In this document: piece by piece, positions 10,654-22,418 of the stretch | How the letters are laid out: every line of letters starts with the position of its first letter | Position numbering within the stretch: position 1 is the first letter of the stretch | Origin: Clostridia bacterium | GTDB taxonomy: Bacteria; Bacillota; Clostridia; Oscillospirales; CAG-272 | DNA: 64,000 bases | Assembly: GCA_017556745.1 (NCBI GenBank) | Contig: JAFYMF010000044.1 | Coordinates: 3,784-67,783, forward strand | Direction: 5' to 3' | Notes under the pieces: model-generated | Told to the model about the DNA's origin: nothing | The model's input: only the letters and a program-made list of their open reading frames with translations | The model's database searches: none | Position numbers and translations under genes: made by a program

Positions 10654-11135
10654 GAATAGGACACGGGTATGACGTTCACCGTTTGGTAAAAGAAAGACGC
10701 CTTATTCTCGGTGGTGTTGATATACCATACGAAAAAGGTCTTCTGGGACATTCCGATGCTGATGTTCTTCTTCACGCCATAATGGATTCCATACTGGGTG
10801 CACTTGCTCTGGGGGACATCGGCAAGCTGTTTCCTGACTCATCGGATGAATTTCTCGGTGCTGATAGTCTGGTTCTCACAACAAGAGTTGCATCAATTAT
10901 GAAAGATAATGGGTACCAAATCGGAAATGTAGATGCAACGGTTATCGCCCAAGCTCCAAAGCTTCGTCCTTATATAGATGAAATGAGGAAAAATATTGCC
11001 TCCGCTCTCGGATGTAATATAACAGACATCAGTGTAAAAGCTACGACCGAGGAAAAAATGGGGTTTACCGGAAGCGGCGACGGAATTTCTGCTCATGCAG
11101 TATGTATAATTAAAAAGAGGGACATAGAACAATAA
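10650..11135 (+). CDS. ispF: 2-C-methyl-D-erythritol 2,4-cyclodiphosphate synthase
   Basis: [35 protein letters not shown]. Confidence 0.97.
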   Translation: MRIGHGYDVHRLVKERRLILGGVDIPYEKGLLGHSDADVLLHAIMDSILGALALGDIGKLFPDSSDEFLGADSLVLTTRVASIMKDNGYQIGNVDATVIAQAPKLRPYIDEMRKNIASALGCNITDISVKATTEEKMGFTGSGDGISAHAVCIIKKRDIEQ

Positions 11136-11307
11136 TTATCCCATGTCCCTGTATATAAAGCGCGATAACGGTGGAGACATTAGCATTATTCCCTTACTTT
11201 TATACTTCTCTTCCCCTGTCATCGTGCGTATCCTCTACATTTTATAATATGGTGAATGGCGGATTTCTGTCACGCACTAAGTCAAACAAATAAAGGAGAT
11301 TAAAAAA

Positions 11308-11952
11308 ATGATCAAGACAGCACCTTCAATTCTTGCAGCCAATTACATTACTCTCGGTGATGATATAAAGAAGATAGAGGACGCAGGCGCAGACTATCTT
11401 CACATTGACATAATGGACGGCCACTTTGTACCTAATATGTCTTTCGGCCCCGGATTTGTCAGTGCAATTCATCCGGTATCTAAGTCGGTACTTGATGTGC
11501 ATCTCATGATCACAGAGCCGGAAAGATACATAAAGCAGTTCGCAGAAGCCGGCGCAGACATTATAACTATACACACCGAGAGCACCGCAGATCCGGAAAA
11601 GGTAATCGACGATATTATCTCCCTTGGTGTAAAAGCAGGTATATCTGTAAAACCGGCCACCCCTGTTGAAGAAATCTACCGCCTTCTTGATAAAGTTTCA
11701 ATGGTTCTTATTATGACAGTCGAGCCGGGCTTTGGCGGACAATCCCTGATCCCTGCTACTCTTGACAAGATCACTCCTCTCTATAATGAGATAAAGAGAA
11801 GAGGTTTGGAAGTAGATATCGAGGTAGATGGCGGAGTCACCGCAGACAATGTCCATGAACTTACATCAAGAGGTGCAAACGTTATCGTTGCAGGTTCCGC
11901 TGTATTTAAGGCAAAGGATCCCGCGGCAGTTCTTGCGGAATTCAAAAAATAA
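11308..11952 (+). CDS. rpe: Ribulose-phosphate 3-epimerase
   Basis: APSILA, HIDIMDGHFVPN, DVHLM, MTVEPGFGGQ, VDGG, VAGSAVF. Confidence 0.96.
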   Translation: MIKTAPSILAANYITLGDDIKKIEDAGADYLHIDIMDGHFVPNMSFGPGFVSAIHPVSKSVLDVHLMITEPERYIKQFAEAGADIITIHTESTADPEKVIDDIISLGVKAGISVKPATPVEEIYRLLDKVSMVLIMTVEPGFGGQSLIPATLDKITPLYNEIKRRGLEVDIEVDGGVTADNVHELTSRGANVIVAGSAVFKAKDPAAVLAEFKK

Positions 11953-11961
11953 TGTAATAAA

Positions 11962-12637
11962 TGATATGCATCCCAAAAGTTAGACACTTTTGGAGGTGCA
12001 TATTTTTTATGGGCAAAACAGGCAGAAAAAACAAAAATGATAAATACCACTCCTACAAAGGAGAGGTTGGTAAGGTAGCAGATAATCTGCTGAAAAGAGA
12101 TTTTCATGCAGACAAGCCATTTGAAAAGCTCACTACAGATGTTACTGAATTCAAGATCGGTGATGAGAAGGTCTATCTTTCTCCTGTCCTCGATATGTTC
12201 AACCGTGAAATTATATCTTACTCTATTTCTACCAGCCCCAACTTGCAGCAAGTTAGAGATATGCTGAACGGCTTATTTGAGAAACTTCCTTCCCATGCTC
12301 GACCTCTCTTTCACTCTGATCAAGGTTGGCAATGCCAACACACTGAATACCAACGTCTTCTTGCCGAACATAACATTACGCAAAGCATGTCTCGAAAAGG
12401 GAACTGTATGGACAACGGCATAATGGAAAACTTCTTCGGCAGGCTTAAGGTTGAGATGTATTACGGTGAAAAATTTGAATCCCCTCGGGGATTCATTGAA
12501 AAGTTGGAAGAATACATACATTACTACAACAACGAGAGAATTTCTCTCAAATTAAAAGGAATGAGCCCAGTTCAATACCGAGCTCATTCACAAGCAATTT
12601 AATATTTAATTTTGTCTAAACTTTTGGGTTCACTTCA
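11962..12637 (+). mobile_element. IS3-family (IS150-like) element with a large internal deletion
   Basis: TG...CA ends; imperfect IRs TGATATGCATCCCAAAAGTTAGACA vs TGAAGTGAACCCAAAAGTTTAGACA (revcomp); AAA flanks; OrfB DDE core TTDVTEF, HSDQG, MENFFG.LKVE. Confidence 0.9.
12009..12602 (+). pseudogene. Truncated IS3 transposase (rve core only)
   Basis: A few N-terminal codons joined to the OrfB segment KYHSYKGEVGKVADNLLKRDF; no OrfA HTH. Confidence 0.8.
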
Positions 12638-12666
12638 AAAAACGTCTCTTTTTTTATTACATTAAC

Positions 12667-14754
12667 TTAGCAAACTCCGAAAAGAAGACTGCCGTAGGTA
12701 GGATATGGCCAGTACTCCTCACCGACTATAGTTTCAAGCTCGTCCGCAACCTCACGAAGAGAATTCATTGCAGGAATGAGAGTATCTCTACAGTAACAGG
12801 AGAGCTCTGTGTTGTCAGCAAATTTTTTCATGCCGTTGGAAACCTTTTCAAGAGTCTCGGTCTGACGATACATGGAGAGAAGGAGGCCCGAGAGTCTGGT
12901 GAGCGCAGTAGTTTCTGCCTCAACTGAGATTCCTACGGTTTTCATGTTGGCAGCAGTCTTAGCAATCATTCCGGCATACTTTTCACATGCAGGAATAATA
13001 TTCTTTCTCGCCATATCAATCATGGTAAGTGCCTCGATATTAAGTACCTTGCAATAATTCTCGACAAGTATCTCGTAACGGGACATTACCTCGGTACGTG
13101 TGAAAATACGGTGCTTTTCGAAGAGAGCAATGCTCTTCTCAGTTTTAAAATGAGGAAGTGCATCTGCGGTAGTCTTAAGATTTGAAAGTCCTCTCTTCTC
13201 CGCTTCCTTTTCCCACGCGTCCGTATAGTTATTACCGTTGAAGATTATTCTCTTATGATCCTTTATCGTGGTTTTGATGATCTGGTGAAGCTCATCGGTA
13301 AAGCTCTCTGCTGACTCAAGTCTGTCAGCAAAACGAGAAAGCTGCTCTGCAGCAATAGTATTAAGAATTATATTTGACTCAGCAATTGAGAACGCGGAAC
13401 CAAGCATACGGAATTCGAACTTATTTCCTGTAAATGCAAAAGGAGAGGTACGGTTACGGTCTGTAAGATCCTTCGAGAAAGCAGGAAGAACGGTAACACC
13501 TACGCGCATCTTGGTCTTCTGCATGTTCTCATATTCATTTTCATTCTCGATAGCATCAAGAACACCGGTCAGCTGATCGCCAAGGAAAATGGACAGAATC
13601 GCAGGAGGTGCTTCGCTTGCGCCAAGGCGGTGATCATTACCTGCGCTTGCAGCAGAAACACGAAGAAGATCCTGATATTCGTCAACACCTGCGATAACAG
13701 CCGCAAGGAAGAGAAGGAACTGCGCATTCTCATAAGGAGTATCACCCGGCTCAAGCAGATTAATACCGTCATCGGTCGCAAGAGACCAGTTATTATGCTT
13801 ACCCGATCCGTTAACACCGGCAAACGGCTTTTCATGAAGAATACAAACCAGACCGTTACGGAGAGCAACCTTCTTCATGATTTCCATGGTCAGCTGGTTA
13901 TGGTCGGTAGCTATATTTGTATTGGTAAATACCGGGGCAAGCTCATGCTGAGCAGGAGCCGCCTCGTTATGTTCGGTCTTAGCATATACACCGAGGTGCC
14001 ACAACTCATTGTTAAGATCCTCCATATAGGCCTTAACACGCGGCTTGATGGTACCGAAATAGTGATCCTCAAGTTCCTGACCCTTGGGGGGCATTGCACC
14101 ATAGAGAGTACGTCCGGTGTAAACAAGGTCCTTTCTCTTGTCATGAATATCCTTGTCAACCAAAAAATACTCCTGCTCTGGTCCAACGGTGGTAATAACT
14201 CTCTTAGTAGTGGTATTACCAAAGAGACGAAGTATTCTCAGTGCCTGAATATTAACCGCTTCCATTGAACGCAGGAGAGGGGTCTTTTTATCAAGCGCTT
14301 CACCGCCGTACGAGAAAAATGCAGTCGGAACACAGAGGGTCTTGTCCTTTATAAACGCATAAGATGTTGGATCCCACGCGGTATATCCCCTTGCCTCAAA
14401 GGTGGTACGAAGTCCACCGGAAGGAAATGATGACGCATCGGGCTCGCCCCTCTTAAGGTCCTTTGAAGAGAACTCCGCAATGGCCTCACCGTCACCGGTA
14501 GGACAAAGGAAGCTGTCATGCTTCTCTGCGGTTATTCCCGTCATAGGCTGGAACCAGTGGGTATAGTGGGTAGCCCCTTTTTCAAGTGCCCAGTCCTTCA
14601 TAGCAGAAGCAACAACACCCGAAACACCGTGGTCAAGCTCACATCCTGTCTCGATAGTCTTACGGAGAGAGCGATATATTTCTTTAGGAAGACGCTGTCG
14701 CATCTCGGCATCGCCGAAAACCATACAGCCAAATTCATTCTGGATCATACTCAT
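12667..14754 (-). CDS. glnA: Glutamine synthetase type III
   Basis: [64 protein letters not shown]. Confidence 0.96.
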   Translation of the reverse strand: MSMIQNEFGCMVFGDAEMRQRLPKEIYRSLRKTIETGCELDHGVSGVVASAMKDWALEKGATHYTHWFQPMTGITAEKHDSFLCPTGDGEAIAEFSSKDLKRGEPDASSFPSGGLRTTFEARGYTAWDPTSYAFIKDKTLCVPTAFFSYGGEALDKKTPLLRSMEAVNIQALRILRLFGNTTTKRVITTVGPEQEYFLVDKDIHDKRKDLVYTGRTLYGAMPPKGQELEDHYFGTIKPRVKAYMEDLNNELWHLGVYAKTEHNEAAPAQHELAPVFTNTNIATDHNQLTMEIMKKVALRNGLVCILHEKPFAGVNGSGKHNNWSLATDDGINLLEPGDTPYENAQFLLFLAAVIAGVDEYQDLLRVSAASAGNDHRLGASEAPPAILSIFLGDQLTGVLDAIENENEYENMQKTKMRVGVTVLPAFSKDLTDRNRTSPFAFTGNKFEFRMLGSAFSIAESNIILNTIAAEQLSRFADRLESAESFTDELHQIIKTTIKDHKRIIFNGNNYTDAWEKEAEKRGLSNLKTTADALPHFKTEKSIALFEKHRIFTRTEVMSRYEILVENYCKVLNIEALTMIDMARKNIIPACEKYAGMIAKTAANMKTVGISVEAETTALTRLSGLLLSMYRQTETLEKVSNGMKKFADNTELSCYCRDTLIPAMNSLREVADELETIVGEEYWPYPTYGSLLFGVC

Positions 14755-15103
14755 AAAACACACGACCTTCCTGTAAATTTCAGTTCTTCGGTAAAAAGAG
14801 GAAAATTGTCTATACAATGCCACTTCTACCTCGATTTTATTATAATTCACGCACCAAAAAAAGTCAAGGGTTTTATCCCTTCTGTACCTTTCACAATAAT
14901 AAATATCTCCTTTACTTTTTTTGAAAAATATTCTATAATATATTCATACAAAATACGAGATGATATAGTGAAGAATATACTTATGTCATCTCTCCGATAT
15001 GTCACGTCACCGTTTGCGGCTTCGGTCCTTATTTATATTCTATGGATCTACGCGAGACGGTCGGGATACTTTTAATTTAATTATATCCGAAAGGGGTTTT
15101 GAT

Positions 15104-16168
15104 ATGAGACTTGCAAACTTTAGAAAAGCAATCGTTCAAAACGGCTATGATGCCGCAGTTCTTACCAACACAGTTTCACAAAGATATATTTCCGGCTTTA
15201 ACTTCACAGACGGTTACGTGGTAGTCGGACGAGAGAGAGCCACCATTCTTGCTGACTTCCGTTATATTGAGGCAGCAAAGGCTGCTGCGGGAGATGACTT
15301 TGACGTAGTTATGATATCGAGAGAGCAGAAGAATATTCTTCCCGACACTCTCTCAAGTTACGGTGCAAAAAAAGTAGCTTATGAAGATAACTATCTTACA
15401 TGCTCCGGCTTTGCCGCTCTTAGCGATAAGCTGGCTGACTTCGAGCTTATTCCAATGGGTAACCTCCTTGATGATATCAGAGAGATCAAGGATGCCCCTG
15501 CATTTGAGTCTATCACACGTGCACAGAGAATTGCCGAAAGCGCATTCCGCCACGTGCTCGGTCTCATAAATCCCGATATGACTGAAATAGAACTGGCAGC
15601 TGAGCTTGAATACTTTATGCGCCGTGCAGGTAGCGAGGAGCCCGCATTCCCCACCATTGCAATTTCAGGAGCTTCCACCTCTCTCCCGCACGGAGAGCCC
15701 GCAAACAGAAAGCTATCCCGTGGCTTCATCACCATGGACTACGGTGCAACAGTAGACGGTTACCGCTCTGATATGACGAGAACAGTAGTTCTCGGCCGTG
15801 CAGATGACGACATGCGCCGTCTGTACCAGACTGTACTTGATGCACAGCTTGCCGCTCTTGAAGTAGTATGCGAGGGTGCTGATATGGGTGCGGTTGACGG
15901 TCTTGCAAGAGATATCATTGAGAACGCAGGTTATCACGGTTGCTTCGGCCACGGTCTCGGCCACGGTGTCGGCATGTATATTCACGAATCTCCATCTCTC
16001 AATCCCTCGGCTAAAGGCAAAATTCTCCGACGCGGACAGCTTGTTACTATCGAACCCGGTATATACATCGAGGGTAAATACGGTTGCCGTATAGAGGACA
16101 TGGTTGCTCTCACCGATAACGGTCCCGTTAATCTTACTGACTGCGAAAAGCAGCTTATTGAACTTTAA
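15104..16168 (+). CDS. Xaa-Pro aminopeptidase (M24B)
   Basis: MDYGA..DGYRSDMTRT, HGLGHGVG..IHE, TIEPGIY, RIED. Confidence 0.93.
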   Translation: MRLANFRKAIVQNGYDAAVLTNTVSQRYISGFNFTDGYVVVGRERATILADFRYIEAAKAAAGDDFDVVMISREQKNILPDTLSSYGAKKVAYEDNYLTCSGFAALSDKLADFELIPMGNLLDDIREIKDAPAFESITRAQRIAESAFRHVLGLINPDMTEIELAAELEYFMRRAGSEEPAFPTIAISGASTSLPHGEPANRKLSRGFITMDYGATVDGYRSDMTRTVVLGRADDDMRRLYQTVLDAQLAALEVVCEGADMGAVDGLARDIIENAGYHGCFGHGLGHGVGMYIHESPSLNPSAKGKILRRGQLVTIEPGIYIEGKYGCRIEDMVALTDNGPVNLTDCEKQLIEL

Positions 16169-16240
16169 ACAAATACGGGCTGTCCACAAGAGACAGCCCA
16201 TTTTGATAAAATCGTTTTAAATGTATGCAGGAGACATTAA

Positions 16241-17599
16241 ATGAACATTTTGGTGCTTAACGGAAGTCCGAAAGGCAACTACAGTATAACTCTGCAAACG
16301 GTAAAATACCTGTCTGAGGTCTATCACGACCATTCTTTTGATATTCTCCACGTAGGAAAATATATAAAGAAATACGAAAAAGATATGAATGAGGCAATAT
16401 CAGCTATCGAGTCAGCGGATATCATACTGTTTTCGTATCCTGTATACACATTCATGGCGCCATATCAGCTCCACCGTTTTATAGAGTTGATAAAGGAATC
16501 CGGCATCTCTCTTGAAGGTAAGATCGCAAGTCAGATCACAACCTCAAAGCATTTTTATGATGTCACCGCCCACAACTATATAAGAGACAACTGTTTTGAC
16601 CTCGGGATGAAATATATCCGTGGTCTCTCTGCGGATATGGAGGATCTGTTAAAGGAAGAGGGGCAAAAGGACGCCCGTGATTTCTTTGAATATCTTATCT
16701 TCTCCATCAAAAACGATTTGTTTGAACAGCCGCCAATATCTAATTCTGAGTCTCGGGAAATTATCTCCTCTTTACCAAATAAGCCCTCGAAAAACAAAAA
16801 TGGTGACGTTGTTGTGCTTACCGACCTTGATGACAGCGATGTTTCACTTAAAAGCATGATAGATCGTTTCTGCCATGTAATGCCAAGAGCCACACGCGTG
16901 GTAAACATACGGGAATACCCCTTTTCCGGCGGTTGTCTCGGTTGCTTTGGATGTGCAGTTGACGGAAGATGTGTGTACAAAGATGGGTTTGATGAATACC
17001 TAAGAAATACCATACAGTCAGCTGAGGCTACCGTTTACGCATTTAAGATTAAGGATCATTCAATGGGTGCAAGATTTAAACTCTATGACGACCGTCAATT
17101 CTGTAACGGTCATCGTACCGTAACAATGGGCAAGCCTGTCGGATATCTCATCAGCGGTGATTATTCGGCGGAAGAAAACCTGAGAACAGTTATTGAGGGC
17201 CGTGCACAGGTAGGACATAATTTTCTCTCAGGCATCGCCACCGACCGAAGCTGTCCAGATAATGAAATCGACGATCTTGCAAAAACTCTTAATTACGCAA
17301 TTGAAAAAAGCTATACTCCTCCGCAAAACTTTCTCGGTGTAGGAGGCAAGAAGATATTCCGTGATCTTATCTGGCTTATGCGGGGAATGATGAAGGCAGA
17401 CCATAATTTCTATAAAAAGAACGGAATATACGATTTTCCCCAAAAGAGCAAAGGTACCGTTATCAAAATGTACCTCGTGGGTGCTCTTATCTCATCTCCT
17501 AAGATAAAAGCAAAGATGGGGAACAGCATGAACGAGGGAATGATAGCTCCGTATAAAAAGGTAATCGAAAAGATAAAAAAGGAAAATATCAAAAAATGA
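16241..17599 (+). CDS. Two-domain flavodoxin-like / iron-sulfur flavoprotein
   Basis: LNGSPKG N-terminus; second domain with GCLGCFGC..GRC. Confidence 0.75.
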   Translation: MNILVLNGSPKGNYSITLQTVKYLSEVYHDHSFDILHVGKYIKKYEKDMNEAISAIESADIILFSYPVYTFMAPYQLHRFIELIKESGISLEGKIASQITTSKHFYDVTAHNYIRDNCFDLGMKYIRGLSADMEDLLKEEGQKDARDFFEYLIFSIKNDLFEQPPISNSESREIISSLPNKPSKNKNGDVVVLTDLDDSDVSLKSMIDRFCHVMPRATRVVNIREYPFSGGCLGCFGCAVDGRCVYKDGFDEYLRNTIQSAEATVYAFKIKDHSMGARFKLYDDRQFCNGHRTVTMGKPVGYLISGDYSAEENLRTVIEGRAQVGHNFLSGIATDRSCPDNEIDDLAKTLNYAIEKSYTPPQNFLGVGGKKIFRDLIWLMRGMMKADHNFYKKNGIYDFPQKSKGTVIKMYLVGALISSPKIKAKMGNSMNEGMIAPYKKVIEKIKKENIKK

Positions 17600-18348
17600 A
17601 ATTCATCTCTTTTAATGTAAATGGATTTAGAGCCTGCCTCGGTAAAGGTTTTGCTGATTTCTTCAAGGAAGCGGATGCCGACTTCTTCTCGGTACAAGAG
17701 ACAAAAATGCAACCAGACCAAGCTGACTTCACCCCCGACGGATATCACATCTACTACAACAGTGCAGAAAAGAAGGGGTATTCAGGCACAGCTATATTTA
17801 CAAAGCATGCTCCCATATCGGTAAAATACGGAATAGGAATTCCCGAACACGATACCGAGGGAAGGGCCATAACACTTGAGTATGATAATTTTTACCTTCT
17901 CAACGTATATACTCCAAACGCTCAAAAGGAGCTCGCCCGTCTTGACTACCGTATGCAGTGGGAGGACGCTTTGAGAGAATACATAAAAGCTCTTGATGAA
18001 AAAAAGCCGGTCATCTACTGCGGTGACCTTAACGTAGCGCACGAGGAAATAGACCTCAAAAATCCGAAAACCAATCACAAGAGCGCCGGTTTTTCTGACG
18101 AAGAGAGAGACAAGTTTTCTAAGCTTCTTTCCGAGGGATTTTGTGACACATTCCGCACACTTTACCCTGACAAGGTCGAGTACTCTTGGTGGAGCTATAT
18201 GATGAAAGCGAGAGAAAAGAATGTGGGATGGCGTATTGACTATTTCGTGGTATCCGAAAGAATAATGAACAAGGTATCGGACAGCCGTATACTGACACAG
18301 ATCATGGGCAGTGACCACTGTCCCGTTGAGCTTGAAATAAACATATAA
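17596..18348 (+). CDS. xth: Exodeoxyribonuclease III / AP endonuclease
   Basis: SFNVNG, QETK, KGYSG, CGDLNVAH, GWRIDYF, SDHCPV. Confidence 0.95.
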   Translation: MKFISFNVNGFRACLGKGFADFFKEADADFFSVQETKMQPDQADFTPDGYHIYYNSAEKKGYSGTAIFTKHAPISVKYGIGIPEHDTEGRAITLEYDNFYLLNVYTPNAQKELARLDYRMQWEDALREYIKALDEKKPVIYCGDLNVAHEEIDLKNPKTNHKSAGFSDEERDKFSKLLSEGFCDTFRTLYPDKVEYSWWSYMMKAREKNVGWRIDYFVVSERIMNKVSDSRILTQIMGSDHCPVELEINI

Positions 18349-18375
18349 CCTATTTTCATTCTCAGGAGATCAAAT

Positions 18376-20229
18376 ATGCAAAAGTTAAAGTTCTTTTTTA
18401 GCACCAATATGGCAGCTTTTTCACCCGAAAGAATATTTGTAAGGCTTCTTGCCGCATGGTGCATCTTCATAGGTTTCGGACTTATCGGCGATCCTGAATT
18501 TGACAAGCTTGAATACGCACAGGATACCTCGCTTATCTATATGTTTTTATTTATCGTATTCCTGTTTATCATTTTCACCTTTATTAACGTACTTATAATC
18601 AATTACGAGTCCGACACTTGGTTTTTAATGCTGGGATCGTCGGTATGCGTAGTGCTTTGGTTACTCTCTTTCAGACAGACCGGCAGTGAATTTTTCATAT
18701 CCTTGGCAGTTGCCGCAGTTTATTCACTGTTTACCGTTTACTTTATCCGCAAAAATGACCTGCTGTGGAAAAAATGGAATCCGTCAAGTAAAACGGTCTG
18801 GGGATTTGCTATTGCTTTCGGAATTTTCTGCGGTGTCATAATAGGAACCATAACCTGCTACAGACACCTAAGATTTTCCACCCCCAACTTTGACTTCGGT
18901 CTGTTTGTAAATATGTTTCACAACATGAAAGAATGCGGACTACCTCTTTGCACTTCCGAAAGAGACGTGTTGATGTCTCATTTTGTTATTCATATATCAC
19001 CGATATACTATCTTCTTCTGCCATTCTATATGATCTTCCCCTCTCCGCTCACTCTTCAGATCGGTCAGGCGGTAATACTTGCATCGGGAGTTATCCCGGT
19101 GATCCTTTTGTGCAAGCAGTTTAAGCTTTCACAAAAGGTCACGATACTGACGTCATTCATTTATGCACTCTACCCCGCTCTTTCAATCGGATGCTTTTAC
19201 GATCTTCACGAAAACTGTTTCCTCACACCGCTGCTTCTTTGGGTCTTCTATTTCTTTGAACGTAACAAGTGGCCCTGGATGTACATATTTGCCGCGCTGA
19301 CCCTTACTGTCAAAGAGGATGCCGCCATATATCTTATCATTTTTGCAATATACGCAGTAGTAGCAAAAAAGAAATATTACCATGGGGTACTTATTATTTT
19401 GGGATCGATTGCATATTTCACGATCGCTCTTACTATTCTGGAAAAGACAAGTGCCTACTATGCAGAGCTGTATGCCAACTCCACACCCAACCCGTACATT
19501 AACGGCCCAATGATAAACAGGTTCAGCAACCTGATACTCGATCAGTCAAAGGGCCTTGGAGGAGCGGTGAAAACAGCCCTTCTGAACCCCGGATATCTGT
19601 TGACACAGCTCTTTGTTACAGAAGACGGTGACTGGGGAAAGATCCTGTATTTTCTAAAGATGTTCTTACCCGTTGGGTTTATTCCGTTCTTCACAAGGAA
19701 ACCCTCCCGTTGGCTTCTTATAGCACCGATACTGATGAATCTTCTGACAATGTATGTGTATCAGTACAATCTCAAATATCAGTATCACTTCGGTATAATT
19801 GCATTTATTTTCTATGCCACGATCACAAATCTTCCCGATCTGAAGTTTCCTGTTCGCAGAAACATTATCAGTGTTGCGGCAGTCTTCTGTCTGTGTATGT
19901 ATTTGTCGTCAGTCATACCGGTACTAAACGAAAACCACACCGACTATAATAAAAATGAAGAAAAGTATACTCAGATGGAAGCAATACTCGATACCATCCC
20001 CAAGGATGCGTCTGTATGCTGTTCCACATTCCTTCTTTCACATCTTGCTGACCGTGATGAAATATACGAGATCTATTATCACGATGACGTAGGCGACGTT
20101 GACTATGTGATATTTGATACGCGAGGTGGAATTGACAACAACCAGCTTACTGCTTTTCTGAATCAGGGGTATGAAATAAAGGAAGAACATCCCGGAATGT
20201 TAACTATACTTGAAAGAACAGATAAATAA
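18376..20229 (+). CDS. DUF2079-like polytopic membrane protein (possible GT-C glycosyltransferase)
   Basis: FDFGLF, HF.IHISP, YDLHE, VKED, YQYH motifs; many TM segments. Confidence 0.7.
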   Translation: MQKLKFFFSTNMAAFSPERIFVRLLAAWCIFIGFGLIGDPEFDKLEYAQDTSLIYMFLFIVFLFIIFTFINVLIINYESDTWFLMLGSSVCVVLWLLSFRQTGSEFFISLAVAAVYSLFTVYFIRKNDLLWKKWNPSSKTVWGFAIAFGIFCGVIIGTITCYRHLRFSTPNFDFGLFVNMFHNMKECGLPLCTSERDVLMSHFVIHISPIYYLLLPFYMIFPSPLTLQIGQAVILASGVIPVILLCKQFKLSQKVTILTSFIYALYPALSIGCFYDLHENCFLTPLLLWVFYFFERNKWPWMYIFAALTLTVKEDAAIYLIIFAIYAVVAKKKYYHGVLIILGSIAYFTIALTILEKTSAYYAELYANSTPNPYINGPMINRFSNLILDQSKGLGGAVKTALLNPGYLLTQLFVTEDGDWGKILYFLKMFLPVGFIPFFTRKPSRWLLIAPILMNLLTMYVYQYNLKYQYHFGIIAFIFYATITNLPDLKFPVRRNIISVAAVFCLCMYLSSVIPVLNENHTDYNKNEEKYTQMEAILDTIPKDASVCCSTFLLSHLADRDEIYEIYYHDDVGDVDYVIFDTRGGIDNNQLTAFLNQGYEIKEEHPGMLTILERTDK

Positions 20230-20389
20230 CGACAAAAACACACGGAAGAATAAAAGCTTCCGTGTGCTTTTTATTTTCTATTTGTATATGCTGTATTGAT
20301 AAATTAAAGAAATAGTGCTATAATTTACTAAAATGAAAAGATGTTTCTATCAATATATTATATGATTAATTTGCAAAGGAAATGAAAAG

Positions 20390-21493
20390 ATGAAGGTCGT
20401 ACTGGAAAATCTGACAAAAAAATTCCCTTCCAAAAATAAAAAGGAACATTCTGAGGTTGTAGCTGTAAACAACTTTTCCTTTGAAATACCCGACGGTAAG
20501 CTTGTGGGGCTTCTCGGCCCATCGGGATGCGGAAAAAGTACCGCTCTTAATCTTATCAGCGGTCTTCTTAAACCAACATCGGGCAAAATATTCTTTGGTG
20601 ATGATGACGTTACAACTATCCCTCCGGAGAACAGAGGGGTTGGACTGGTTTTTCAGAGCTATGCTCTCTACCCACATCTTACAGTAAGACAAAATATCAT
20701 CTTCCCCCTCGAAAACTTAAAGGGTAAGAACAAGCTGTCAAAGGAGGAGATGAACAAAAAGGCACTTGAGATAGCGAAGCTTGTTCAGATAGATAAACTC
20801 ATGGACAGAAAGCCATCTGAACTGTCAGGCGGTCAGCAGCAGAGAGTTGCTATAGCAAGAGCACTGGTCAAGATTCCCAAGGTTCTTCTCCTTGACGAAC
20901 CCCTCTCCAACCTTGACGCAAGACTCCGTCTGCAGACGAGAGAGGAAATTCGCCGTATACAGAAGGAAACCGGGATAACCACTGTTTTTGTCACACATGA
21001 CCAGGAAGAAGCAATGAGTATATCCGACCTCATTATAGTTATGAAGGACGGTGTTATTCAGCAGATAGGTGAGCCTCAGTCTGTATATGATAATCCTGTC
21101 AATCTTTTCGTTGCCCAATTCCTTGGCACTCCTCAGATTACCGTATTCTCAGGTGAGATTAAAAACGGCGGTCTTTACATCGGTGAGGACAAGGTTTTGA
21201 GTATCATCACAGACTACAGCGGCCCCGTCAAGGTCGGTGTACGTCCCGAGGGATACATCCCTGCCGCGGACGGTGCACTTTCCTGCAACCTCTGCCGTAT
21301 TGAGGTAATGGGCAGAGACATCAGTGTAGTTTCCTCAAATCCTTTAGCCGAGAGTGAAATTATTCGCTCTATAATCAGCTCAGACAACAAAATAGATACG
21401 TCCTCTGCCACAGTAAGATTTAATCTCAAGCCGAGCAAGGTACATCTTTTCCGCCCCGACAACGGTGAACGTATTGATTTTTCACTGAACTGA
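20390..21493 (+). CDS. Carbohydrate-type ABC transporter ATPase (MalK/UgpC-like)
   Basis: GPSGCGKS, FQSYALYPH, LSGGQQQR, LLDEPLSNLD, VTHDQEEA. Confidence 0.93.
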   Translation: MKVVLENLTKKFPSKNKKEHSEVVAVNNFSFEIPDGKLVGLLGPSGCGKSTALNLISGLLKPTSGKIFFGDDDVTTIPPENRGVGLVFQSYALYPHLTVRQNIIFPLENLKGKNKLSKEEMNKKALEIAKLVQIDKLMDRKPSELSGGQQQRVAIARALVKIPKVLLLDEPLSNLDARLRLQTREEIRRIQKETGITTVFVTHDQEEAMSISDLIIVMKDGVIQQIGEPQSVYDNPVNLFVAQFLGTPQITVFSGEIKNGGLYIGEDKVLSIITDYSGPVKVGVRPEGYIPAADGALSCNLCRIEVMGRDISVVSSNPLAESEIIRSIISSDNKIDTSSATVRFNLKPSKVHLFRPDNGERIDFSLN

Positions 21494-21509
21494 CGGAGGT
21501 TAGAATAAT

Positions 21510-22403
21510 ATGGATAAACAAAACAACAAGGCATGGTTATACCTGATACCTGCATTGATATTCATCGGAGTCTTCATGGTATATCCTCTGGTAGACGTTC
21601 TTATATACTCCTTTGAGGAAGGTTATAACTCCGCATCACAGACATATAACGGTGTAGGCGGTTACAACTATTCATTCGTGCTTCGCGACCCCTATTTTCT
21701 TCAGGCGGTAAAGAACACTTTCATTCTCGTTATTATAACCGTCCCCCTTTCCACCGGCATCGCACTTCTGATTTCTGTGGGACTGAGCTCGATCAAACCA
21801 CTGCGTAATCTGTTTCAGACGGTGTATTTTCTCCCATACGTAACAAACACCCTTGCAGTAGGTCTGGTATTTATGATACTTTTCAAAAAGACACCCTACA
21901 GCGACGGTCTGGTAAACCTCCTTATCAATTGGTTTGGCGGTTCATCAGTTGACTTTATTGACGGTCCGTACGCCGCAAAAATGTTCGTACTTTGCTTCTA
22001 TACAATTTGGGTCGTCATGCCCTTTAAGATACTGATACTCACATCCGCCCTTGCATCTGTCAACCGTGACTATTATAACGCAGCAAAGGTAGACGGTACG
22101 TCTCCCTTCCGTATATTCAGAAGGATAACTCTTCCCATGATCTCCCCTATGCTTTTCTATCTGATAATTACAGGCTTCATCGGTGCATTCAAGGCATATA
22201 GTGATGCAGTAGCTCTTTTCGGTACAGATCTTAATGCCGCAGGCATGAACACCATTGTCGGTTATATATACGATATGCTTTACGGTAACAGCGGCGGTTA
22301 TCCCTCCTACGCATCAGCTGCGGCTATTATCCTCTTCATAATCGTCCTTACCATAACCTGCATTAACCTGATAGTCAGACGCAGGTTTGTTCACACAAAA
22401 TGA
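21510..22403 (+). CDS. ABC transporter permease (MalF-like)
   Basis: TM helices; EAA-type motif YNAAKVDG...FRRITLP. Confidence 0.9.
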   Translation: MDKQNNKAWLYLIPALIFIGVFMVYPLVDVLIYSFEEGYNSASQTYNGVGGYNYSFVLRDPYFLQAVKNTFILVIITVPLSTGIALLISVGLSSIKPLRNLFQTVYFLPYVTNTLAVGLVFMILFKKTPYSDGLVNLLINWFGGSSVDFIDGPYAAKMFVLCFYTIWVVMPFKILILTSALASVNRDYYNAAKVDGTSPFRIFRRITLPMISPMLFYLIITGFIGAFKAYSDAVALFGTDLNAAGMNTIVGYIYDMLYGNSGGYPSYASAAAIILFIIVLTITCINLIVRRRFVHTK

Positions 22404-22418
22404 AAGGGGTGAGAACAA

